Positions 54,703-62,869 of a stretch of DNA of 64,000 bases are shown here, piece after piece. Under the pieces are notes generated by a model that saw only the letters and a program-made list of their open reading frames with translations, searched no databases and was not told where the DNA came from. The translations under genes were made by a program, and so were the position numbers. How positions within the stretch are numbered: the first letter of the stretch is position 1; the number at the start of each line of letters is the position of its first letter. Source of the DNA: Minisyncoccota bacterium (GTDB taxonomy: Bacteria; Patescibacteriota; Minisyncoccia; Phycocordibacterales; Phycocordibacteraceae); contig JAGORR010000001.1 in the NCBI GenBank assembly GCA_018062765.1, positions 217,249 to 281,248 of the forward strand, written 5' to 3'.

Positions 54703-56070
54703 ATGAAGCGGCTCCTTCCGCTCATCCTCCTCGGGCTTATCCCAACCGCGGCTTTTGCATGGAATGCTACTTCGACGTCCTTTTACGTACGTCAGAATAT
54801 CCAATCGATTTCAGGGGGTAACGCGACCTCCTCCTACAGCACCTCGACATCGTTCATGCTGCTTTCTGCGGGCGGACAGACGGCCGTCGGCACCTCGTCA
54901 CCTGGAGCGACCTATAGCCTTGGGAGCGGGATACTGCAGAACTTGAATGAGAGCGTGCGTCCGGAGTACACGCTTGCTCACTACCATTGGCGGCAAGATG
55001 ATGGTAACGAAGCAGCCGCGACTTCCGCGACCGGAAGCGAGGATACGCCTAACTCGACCATTACCAAGCTCGCGACCGCGCGTCTGCGCATCGCGGTCTC
55101 TAACGAGGGCGGGACCGAGGCAGCGTACGCTGCGCAGACACTCCGTCTTGAATACGGAGTCAAGGCGACGACCTGTGCGGATATCGTGAGCTGGACGGAC
55201 GTAGGGGAGAATGGCGGCCACTGGGATATGTCGGACTCTGCGAATCTCACGAACGGCGCGAACACCACGAATATCGCAACCGCAACTGGCGGTGTCTCAG
55301 ACCCAAATCACACATTCATCTCTTCTAACGCAGGCGTGCGCGATACCGGAAGCTCCTTGGGTGCGCTCTCTATATCAAGCGATTCATTTGTTGAAGCGGA
55401 ATTTTCAATCGAGGCGACGTCGTCTGCGACGGATGATGGTGATTATTGCTTCCGGGTCACGAACGCAGGGTCGACCACCGACTTCGTGTATGAAGAATAT
55501 CCGGAAGCGACGATATCAGTCGCAATGTCTTTCTCCACTACGCATACGAATTTCCCTTCAATCACTCCTGGGATACCCACTTTTGCCACAACCACGCTTT
55601 CGGTCTCAACCAGCAACTCCTCGGGCTGGAACGTTATCCTTTCAGGTGACGATCAGGGGCCGTCGGACACGGTAATGGACCTTACGACTGACGCCGCGGT
55701 GGGTATCGCGGACCAACTCGAGTGGATACCGGGCGCGGCGACCACCTCCGCCGGAAACGCGGTCCGCATAAACTCCTTCGATAACTCGGGCGACGTCCTT
55801 GCGTTTCGCGTTATGACAGCGTCAGGAACGACTGCATTTCGCGCTTCTTCCTGGTGGGGAAGCACGGACTCGTATGTGGATTCCGCGACAACACTTTGGG
55901 CTGGCATCGCTTCCTCGACCGCAACCAACAAGAAAATCGGTAACACTAACGTTTCGTCAGGCGGCAGTCCCGTCCTCTCCTCTGTGGTGTATTACCTTGA
56001 TGTCCCGGCAAACCAGCAGCAGGGCAGCTACTCGGGAGACATAACCTACACCGCAAGTGCGAACCCATAA
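54703..56070 (+). CDS. secreted WxL-like domain surface protein (paralog A)
   Basis: Signal peptide. C-terminal ~190 aa paralogous to the next gene. SGWNVILSGDDQG and terminal YSGDITYTASANP resemble WxL motifs (G.W.L.... / GdYtstltWtLtdaP). Confidence 0.5.
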   Translation: MKRLLPLILLGLIPTAAFAWNATSTSFYVRQNIQSISGGNATSSYSTSTSFMLLSAGGQTAVGTSSPGATYSLGSGILQNLNESVRPEYTLAHYHWRQDDGNEAAATSATGSEDTPNSTITKLATARLRIAVSNEGGTEAAYAAQTLRLEYGVKATTCADIVSWTDVGENGGHWDMSDSANLTNGANTTNIATATGGVSDPNHTFISSNAGVRDTGSSLGALSISSDSFVEAEFSIEATSSATDDGDYCFRVTNAGSTTDFVYEEYPEATISVAMSFSTTHTNFPSITPGIPTFATTTLSVSTSNSSGWNVILSGDDQGPSDTVMDLTTDAAVGIADQLEWIPGAATTSAGNAVRINSFDNSGDVLAFRVMTASGTTAFRASSWWGSTDSYVDSATTLWAGIASSTATNKKIGNTNVSSGGSPVLSSVVYYLDVPANQQQGSYSGDITYTASANP

Positions 56071-56123
56071 TGGGGATAACCAGTGTCTAGACATGGCGAG
56101 GGTAAGGTAATATGGATTTCATG

Positions 56124-56801
56124 AAGATTTCATCTGACTCCTTGGAGACTATTAAGACCGGGTCTGCAGCGCTTCTTATTGCTACCTTCGTCTTCTCCTC
56201 TTTCTACGCGTACCGAGCGCACGGCGAGGCCGTTTCGCTTTCGGTCTCCGTCGCTTCCGCACTCACCTTTACTACGACTACAGACCAGTTCGGTACCCTT
56301 ACCCCAGGAACCTATAAAATCGCAACCACGACGCTTTCGGTAACCACGAACAATACCGCAGGGTGGAATATCACTCTGTACGGAGATGATCAGGGATCTT
56401 CAGACACGGTCCTCGACCTCACAACTGACGCTGCGGTTGGTATCACGGACCAGACTGAGTGGGTACCTGGAGGCGCGACAACTTCCGGAGGTAATGCTGT
56501 CGTTCGTGGTTCACTCGATAGTTCCGGTGACGTGCTTGCGTTCCGTGTGATGAGTGCATCCTCCTCAAACGGTACACCATTCCTTTCAACCGGGTGGTGG
56601 GGAACTTCAGACGCCGACGGCACGGCTAAGTTCGCCGGCATCGCTTCCTCCACTGTCGGTCGCCAGATTGGTAACGCGGGTACAGGCTCCTATAGCGCCA
56701 CGGCGCACCTTAACACCGTCCAGTACTACCTGGACGTCCCAGCCTCCCAGCAGACCGGTTCTTACGACGGCGGGCTTACCTACACAGCAACGGCCAACTA
56801 G
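56124..56801 (+). CDS. secreted WxL-like domain surface protein (paralog B)
   Basis: AGWNITLYGDDQG ... YDGGLTYTATAN. Shares 60-70% identity over about 190 aa with the C-terminus of the upstream gene. Confidence 0.5.
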   Translation, partial: KISSDSLETIKTGSAALLIATFVFSSFYAYRAHGEAVSLSVSVASALTFTTTTDQFGTLTPGTYKIATTTLSVTTNNTAGWNITLYGDDQGSSDTVLDLTTDAAVGITDQTEWVPGGATTSGGNAVVRGSLDSSGDVLAFRVMSASSSNGTPFLSTGWWGTSDADGTAKFAGIASSTVGRQIGNAGTGSYSATAHLNTVQYYLDVPASQQTGSYDGGLTYTATAN

Positions 56802-56818
56802 GGTAGGATAGGCGCACC

Positions 56819-57730
56819 ATGAATACAGCGAGGATCCTTGGCACTCTCGCTCTCTCGATACTATTCGCCGCTAGCCCCGTCGGAGCGTATGCCGCCTCGA
56901 CCGGACTCACCATACAGCCGATAAAGGCGTCTTACACGCTTGCTCCTGGGGCAAGCGTGTCGGGCGCTATATCGCTTACTAACGCGTCGACAAACGCGGC
57001 CGTACAAGTCGAGCTTAAGGTAGAAGACTTCATTCCGCTTGCCGGGAGCGACCAGTTGCAATTCGTCTCGCGCGCACCAGGCGTCACGACCGTGCGCGAT
57101 TGGGTAACCCTTAATGGGGGCGAGCATGTTATTCGGCTTGAGAAGGGGGAGAGTATCGCGGTTCCGTTTACCATCACGGCGCCCGCGGACGCGGAGCCGG
57201 GAAGCCACTTTGGTGCTGCCTTCTTTAAGGCGATAGATATTGCTGATGTTGATAAGCAGCTCAAGGTCGGCACACAGGTCGGCATGCTCATGTTCGTCAC
57301 GGTTCCTGGAAATTACGCGCAGAAGGGAGAAATTACGTCGTTTACTGCGCCTCGGTTCGTGCAGCGTACCCCGTTCGATTTCAAGATTGGCTTTACGAAC
57401 ACCGGTACCGTGCACTTTGAGCCCAAGGGATCAGTCACGGTACGTAACATTTTTGGTTCGGTAGTCGCTGAGGTGCCGGTCGAAGGACAGGTGGTACTCC
57501 CGACTGGCTCTAAGGAACTCACTGCGCGCTTTGCAACCGACAGCTTCCTTTTAGGTAGGTACGCTGCCATCGTGCATCTTGCTGACGGTGAAGGGAACCC
57601 GCTGACGTCTGAGGAGCGCACCTTCTACGTATTTCCGGTGTGGTACACGCTCGGCTTCATCCTTTTCGCACTCTTCCTATTCTTCGGGCTTCGCTTCCTC
57701 AAGCGGCGCGTGCGCATCAGCCTAAAATAA
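56819..57730 (+). CDS. DUF916/DUF3324-like cell-surface protein with a C-terminal TM anchor (WxL-locus partner)
   Basis: Signal peptide, two Ig-like beta domains, C-terminal TM plus RRVR stop-transfer. Architecture matches the membrane partner of WxL operons. Confidence 0.45.
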   Translation: MNTARILGTLALSILFAASPVGAYAASTGLTIQPIKASYTLAPGASVSGAISLTNASTNAAVQVELKVEDFIPLAGSDQLQFVSRAPGVTTVRDWVTLNGGEHVIRLEKGESIAVPFTITAPADAEPGSHFGAAFFKAIDIADVDKQLKVGTQVGMLMFVTVPGNYAQKGEITSFTAPRFVQRTPFDFKIGFTNTGTVHFEPKGSVTVRNIFGSVVAEVPVEGQVVLPTGSKELTARFATDSFLLGRYAAIVHLADGEGNPLTSEERTFYVFPVWYTLGFILFALFLFFGLRFLKRRVRISLK

Positions 57731-57733
57731 TGA

Positions 57734-58744
57734 ATGACGCGCTACCTTGCCACCCTTCTCGGGTTTCTTGCGCTCCTTACGCCATTCTCAGCGTACGCTG
57801 ACCTTGTCGGCTCTTCCGAAGTGAACTTGTCAGTGACCGTTGCTGCGCTCGCCGCATGTCAGGACGGTATCGACAACGATAGCGACCTCTTGATCGACTA
57901 CCCCGACGATACGGGGTGTTCAAGCGCAACTGATACGACCGAGACAGTCGAATCTTCCGGAGGTGGTGGAGGCGGCGGAGGCGGGGGTGGAGGCGGCGGG
58001 GGAGGTGGATCGGGGAGTACACAAGCGGTGTTTCGTGGCCGCGCGTACCCGGGCAGCAAGGTGACCGTGCTTAAGGACGCCCGCATCATCGTCTCCACCG
58101 TCGCCTCTCCTGACGGTACCTTCGATGTCACCGCTAAGAAAATCACGCCAGGAACGTATACCTTCAGCGTCTACGGTACTGACAAGCGCGGTGTGCAGTC
58201 TGCAACGCATGCATTTACGGTTGCGATGACGGCGAATGTGACCAATATCGTGAGCGGTATCTTTTTGCCGCCCACCATGACCATCGACAAAAAGGAGGTG
58301 CGCTGGGGAGAGGTGCTCGTTACTATCGGGCAGACGAACCCGTCGTCTGAGGTGACTATCTTCGTCAATTCCGAACGCGAAGTGGTGAAGAAGGTGTTCG
58401 CTTCTGCTGACGGCTCATGGCTTCTAAATTTCGATACGACCGAGATTGAACGCGGCAACCACAGCACACAGTCGCGTGCCGCAAAGCAGGGGGAGATAAG
58501 CCCCTTATCAAAGCCGCTTTCATTTAAGGTGGGCGACCGCACGGTGTATGCGGAAAGCGAGAGCGAGTCACAGGCGACAAGTAAGGGAGACGTAAACGGG
58601 GACAGTCGCGTGAACCTTGTCGACTTCTCGGTTGTAGCGTATTGGTTTAAGCGCGCGAACCCCCCGGCAACCGCTGACCTTAACGGGGACGGGCAGGTGA
58701 CGCTGGTGGACTTTTCGATACTTGCCTATAACTGGAACGGTTGA
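57734..58744 (+). CDS. secreted protein with poly-Gly linker, Ig-like domains and a C-terminal type-I dockerin
   Basis: GDVNGDSRVNLVDFSVVAYWF ... ADLNGDGQVTLVDFSILAYNW are the two Ca-binding dockerin repeats. G17 linker. Confidence 0.75.
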   Translation: MTRYLATLLGFLALLTPFSAYADLVGSSEVNLSVTVAALAACQDGIDNDSDLLIDYPDDTGCSSATDTTETVESSGGGGGGGGGGGGGGGGGSGSTQAVFRGRAYPGSKVTVLKDARIIVSTVASPDGTFDVTAKKITPGTYTFSVYGTDKRGVQSATHAFTVAMTANVTNIVSGIFLPPTMTIDKKEVRWGEVLVTIGQTNPSSEVTIFVNSEREVVKKVFASADGSWLLNFDTTEIERGNHSTQSRAAKQGEISPLSKPLSFKVGDRTVYAESESESQATSKGDVNGDSRVNLVDFSVVAYWFKRANPPATADLNGDGQVTLVDFSILAYNWNG

Positions 58745-58745
58745 T

Positions 58746-59729
58746 ATGGACGATTCACGTGAAAATCGCGAGCTGCAGCGTTACGGGTCCCTCCGCTCCG
58801 CTCCGCCGTATAGCCTATACGTCTACGCGAAGCTTAGTCCCGCGCCTGGCATCTCATCGATTTTCACGCGAATCGTAGTGGCTGCGATGTGCGCGCTACC
58901 CCTTCTGTCGATACCAGCATTGGTGGAAGCTGCGGAGATACATTTCAATCCTCAGGACAGCTCGATTGGTACCGAGGGGGAATTCCTGGTCGGAGTTAAT
59001 CTCACGTCCGAAGAGCGGGTTAACGCCATTTCACTCGTGCTTCCTATTCCGACAGGGCTCCGGCTCATGGGCGTGTCTGACGGCAACTCCATTGTCACTC
59101 TTTTCGTAGAGTCGCCTGCGTTTGATGAGGACGAGCGAAGCCTCTCGTTCTCAGGAGTCATTCCTAATGGATTTTCTGGAGAGGAGGGGCGGCTCGTGAC
59201 ACTCACGTTTGCGCCTGAGAAGCGCGTAGGGTCCGCCACGTTCGTCCTCGACCCGGGAAGCGAGGCGTACGCCAAGGAGGGTGAGCCAGTCGCTTTGTAC
59301 GGACGTGCGCTCACCCTTCCGTTTGCCGCAGGGAAGCGCAACCTGCAGGACTTTCCGCCAGACCGCGATCCTCCGGAGGAGTTCGATCCCGTTCTCATAC
59401 CTGATCCGTCGCCGCAAGGAAGCGGTCTCCTTATCGCATTCTCTACAGTAGACAAAGCCTCCGGCATCGAACGCTACGAGGTGAAGGAAAGTGTTTGGGG
59501 AAATTGGTTCCCGTCATACGGATGGCAAGAGACAACGAGTCCACATCGCTTAACGGATGCAACGCGCACGAGTTGGGTGTATGTGCGCGCGACTGATGAG
59601 GCGGGTAACAGTTATGTTGCGATGATTCCGCCGGAGCGCTCACCGTTTGTTGTATACATCCCAATCTTGCTTGGAATCATCGTGCTACTCTTTATCGTAT
59701 ATGCACGTTACGCGCGTAGGTCGCGCTAG
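58746..59729 (+). CDS. membrane-anchored cohesin-like domain protein
   Basis: GEFLVGVNLTSEERVNAISLVLPIP.GLRLMGV ... GRLVTLTFAPEKRVGSATFVLD cohesin-like beta-sandwich pattern. C-terminal TM. Confidence 0.5.
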   Translation: MDDSRENRELQRYGSLRSAPPYSLYVYAKLSPAPGISSIFTRIVVAAMCALPLLSIPALVEAAEIHFNPQDSSIGTEGEFLVGVNLTSEERVNAISLVLPIPTGLRLMGVSDGNSIVTLFVESPAFDEDERSLSFSGVIPNGFSGEEGRLVTLTFAPEKRVGSATFVLDPGSEAYAKEGEPVALYGRALTLPFAAGKRNLQDFPPDRDPPEEFDPVLIPDPSPQGSGLLIAFSTVDKASGIERYEVKESVWGNWFPSYGWQETTSPHRLTDATRTSWVYVRATDEAGNSYVAMIPPERSPFVVYIPILLGIIVLLFIVYARYARRSR

Positions 59730-61521
59730 CGCCGTTCTCATTCTTTTTTTCGCACTCACTGGGAGTGCTTCGGCAGCAACGCTGTCCGTGGGTTCTGTCT
59801 CTGGCACAGTAGGGCAGACGGTGTCGGTACCGGTCACTGTCTCTGCTGGGTCTGGTGAATCTCTGAACGCCGTTTCAGTAAACATATCGTTCCCGACCGA
59901 TAAGCTCTCTCTCACCTCGATATCAAAAGCTTCATCGATAATCAGTTTGTGGGCGCAAGAGCCTGTCTATTCAAACGTTAACGGCACTGCGGCGCTTGAG
60001 GGCATTATCCCGAACCCTGGGTACTCAGGCTCCTCAGGGCGAGTCGCGCTTCTGACTTTTACGATAAAGGCAGCGGGAAGCGCGACCGTTTCTTTTTCAA
60101 GCGCTTCGGTGCTTGCAAATGACGGCCAAGGCACCAACATCCTACGCTCGAGCAATCCAGGAACGATAACCGGCTCTGCAGGAGCCGCGCCAGCTCCCAC
60201 GCCTGCACCGGCTGCGCCTTCCTCTACGGAGCCGGCTGAAGAATCCGAGGACGAGTCAGTCGAATCAGATGAGGGGCTACCAAAATCCGCGTTTACTATC
60301 ACAAGCAAGACTCATCCTGAACAGCTTTCGTGGTATCGCGCAGACACCGGTACCTTCTCGTGGCCAGTGCCGCCAGGCGCCTCTGCTACGCGCCTCTTGT
60401 TGAGTCAGTCTGCGTCAGCAATTCCATCGGTGGCGTACCCAAACGCGATAGGGGAAAAGACGATTGACGAGCTTCCTGAGGGCACGAGCTACCTTGCGGT
60501 GCAGCATCAGGTGGGTGGCGTCTGGGGTGAGGTGGGGCGCTATCGCGTGAATGTGGACACGACGCCACCTCGCTCATTCCGTATAACGTTCCCGCACGGC
60601 TCGGAAGGATTCAACCCGCAACCGATTATCCTTTTCAATACGCTCGATGGGGAGTCGGGCATCGATCACTACGACGTGCGCGTTGGCGCGGGCGACCTCC
60701 TGCGGAAGACGGCGGCGGCTGACTCAAACCCATACATGTTGCCGATGCTTGAGCCTGGCACCCATACCGTGCGTGTTACCGCGTACGACCGCGCTGGTAA
60801 TGAGACTTCGGATGAGGCGTCAGTAGAGGTCGAAGGAATCGAAGCACCTCGCTTCACCCACTACGAGGAGGTGGTCACGACTGCTGATAATCTCAAGCTC
60901 CGCGGCATCACCTATGAGAATGCGGATGTAAATGTTCATATCTACGACGAGGATGGCGTCCTGGTGACCGAGGAATTCACCCGCTCCAACACACTCGGAG
61001 ACTTCGCCGTTCTTATCTCGAAGCACCTATCTGCGGGCGAATACACCGTAACTGCTCGCGTGACCGATGATCGTGGCGCACGCAGTCTCGAATCCAGTCC
61101 GCTACCGTTTACCATAGAGGGCCGGTTCTTTACGATACTTCAGGAACTCCTCTACGATTACTTGGCGCCTCTCATCGTCTTCGTCACCGCGGTTGGCGGA
61201 GCGCTTTACGTACTCTTCATTGCCGCTGAGCGCCTATTGCGCAGTATGAAGGGCCTCAACGCTCTTGGACTTACTGTGCGTCGCGAGCCGAGCCCGGAGG
61301 ACACAACTCACAAAGCGTTCATGCTCCTCAAGCAGGACCTCGCATCCTACCGTCGCATTCTTGCCGCCGCTAAAAAGCATCGAGAGCTTACCGGCGAGGA
61401 GGAAGCATTCCTCGAGCGATTCAAGGAAGACCTTACGGACGCGGAGTCCGTGATAACCGAGACCATCAAGAAGCGACGTGCGCCGCGACGTGTGAAGAAA
61501 CTCGAGGTTACTGAGGAGTAG
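59701..61521 (+). CDS. membrane-anchored cohesin-domain protein with additional Ig-like domains
   Basis: ATLSVGSVSGTVGQTVSVPVTVSAGSGESLNAVSVNISFPTDKLSLTSI...GRVALLTFTIKAAGSATVSFSSASVLANDGQG is a close match to the cohesin consensus. C-terminal TM plus charged tail. Confidence 0.7.
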   Translation: MHVTRVGRASAVLILFFALTGSASAATLSVGSVSGTVGQTVSVPVTVSAGSGESLNAVSVNISFPTDKLSLTSISKASSIISLWAQEPVYSNVNGTAALEGIIPNPGYSGSSGRVALLTFTIKAAGSATVSFSSASVLANDGQGTNILRSSNPGTITGSAGAAPAPTPAPAAPSSTEPAEESEDESVESDEGLPKSAFTITSKTHPEQLSWYRADTGTFSWPVPPGASATRLLLSQSASAIPSVAYPNAIGEKTIDELPEGTSYLAVQHQVGGVWGEVGRYRVNVDTTPPRSFRITFPHGSEGFNPQPIILFNTLDGESGIDHYDVRVGAGDLLRKTAAADSNPYMLPMLEPGTHTVRVTAYDRAGNETSDEASVEVEGIEAPRFTHYEEVVTTADNLKLRGITYENADVNVHIYDEDGVLVTEEFTRSNTLGDFAVLISKHLSAGEYTVTARVTDDRGARSLESSPLPFTIEGRFFTILQELLYDYLAPLIVFVTAVGGALYVLFIAAERLLRSMKGLNALGLTVRREPSPEDTTHKAFMLLKQDLASYRRILAAAKKHRELTGEEEAFLERFKEDLTDAESVITETIKKRRAPRRVKKLEVTEE

Positions 61522-61620
61522 GTACGGAGCGAATATAAAAGTTATGCACCCAACTTCTGCCACAGGAGCAGGGAGGTGCTACGCTCTAGGTATTAGCCAC
61601 TGGTTCTTAAACGCAATCCA

Positions 61621-62007
61621 ATGACCACGCTTTTTCTCGCACAGCTGTTCGGACTCTACTTCATTCTTATAGGTCTTGTCGTTCTCTTGCGCCGAGGTTC
61701 TATCCTTCCGACCATCCGGGAGATTATTTCCAACCGCGCGCTTCTCTTCGTGGTTGCGGTTATCGAGCTTGCTGCGGGTCTCGCGCTCACCCTGTCGTAC
61801 CCGTCAATCATGCTTTCAGTCGAGGGTGTCCTTTCCTTGATCGGTTGGATGCTCATCGTCGAAGGAGTCCTCTACATGCTTCTTCCGGTGAAGGATGTGA
61901 AGAAGATGGTGAACTCCTTTAATAAGCCTTCTTGGTATCTTTCGGGAGCGGTATTGTCCGTCCTCATAGGTTGTTACCTTGCAGCCACGGGGTTTGCGCT
62001 GATATAG
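61621..62007 (+). CDS. hypothetical four-TM membrane protein
   Basis: 128 aa, hydrophobic. Confidence 0.4.
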   Translation: MTTLFLAQLFGLYFILIGLVVLLRRGSILPTIREIISNRALLFVVAVIELAAGLALTLSYPSIMLSVEGVLSLIGWMLIVEGVLYMLLPVKDVKKMVNSFNKPSWYLSGAVLSVLIGCYLAATGFALI

Positions 62008-62189
62008 CCGGTTAAAAGGCCCGTCTGCATCGTTGCGGAGTCCACCCGATAGCCTTCACCGTATACCCATACGGCTTAGGCTATCTTAGCTCCTCGCCTT
62101 GCATACGGGCCTTTTCTCGCGGCTCTATCGCTGGTTAAATGGAGCAGGAAGGTCAGGGCACATCGGGTTACTCACTTATTTTTGGAACT

Positions 62190-62750
62190 ATGCATTCACA
62201 GAAAGGATTCGCAGTAGCAGCGTGGATTGCGATTGCGGCGGTCGTGCTTATTGGCGGTGGGGCATACATCTACACGAACCCGGAGGTATTCTCCGGAATG
62301 AAGGCAGATACCGAGACGGGCGACGAGAGCGAAACGGGCGCTTCTCTCGACGCGAACTTCGAGGGCTCCCTCACTGCAGAGGAGCTGCTTTCGCGTGGCC
62401 AGAACGTTACCTGCACCTATGCATTCTCTGGAGGTGACTCGGAGACCACTGGTACTGTCTTTGTTGCAGACGGCAAGTTGCGCAGCGATTCGCGCACGAT
62501 CGCTGGCGGCGATACGTACCTATCGCACGTCATCATCCGTGACGGTAAGGCCAATATGTGGACAGATGGCATGACGATGGGCTTCACTTCGTCTATCTCT
62601 GGGGCCGTATCAAGCGGATCCTCTGACCAAGCACCAGACCTCAACTCCAAGCTCGACTACACGTGTGTGCCTTGGACTGCGGACGACTCGAAGTTCGAGC
62701 TTCCTGCAAGCGTGAATTTCCAGGCAATCGTCGTGCCTTCAGCGTCGTAA
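62190..62750 (+). CDS. hypothetical membrane-anchored protein
   Basis: Internal start (MHSQKGF...) chosen. N-terminal TM. A terminator follows (62776-62806). Confidence 0.35.
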   Translation: MHSQKGFAVAAWIAIAAVVLIGGGAYIYTNPEVFSGMKADTETGDESETGASLDANFEGSLTAEELLSRGQNVTCTYAFSGGDSETTGTVFVADGKLRSDSRTIAGGDTYLSHVIIRDGKANMWTDGMTMGFTSSISGAVSSGSSDQAPDLNSKLDYTCVPWTADDSKFELPASVNFQAIVVPSAS

Positions 62751-62869
62751 CTCTTCGCGAAGCGAAAGAAAACCGCGCGGCCAGTGGCCGCGCGGTTTTG
62801 CTTTGGAACGAGGGTGATTGGGTATCGACTGTAAGACCCGGGCCAACCGGCTCGGAGGGTAGGAGATTC

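Noticed and set aside
62139-62189. Upstream extension of the 62139-62750 ORF (MEQEGQGTSG…)
   Set aside because: The extension precedes the TM anchor and has no RBS; the internal start at 62190 is preferred. Either is possible; low confidence both ways.
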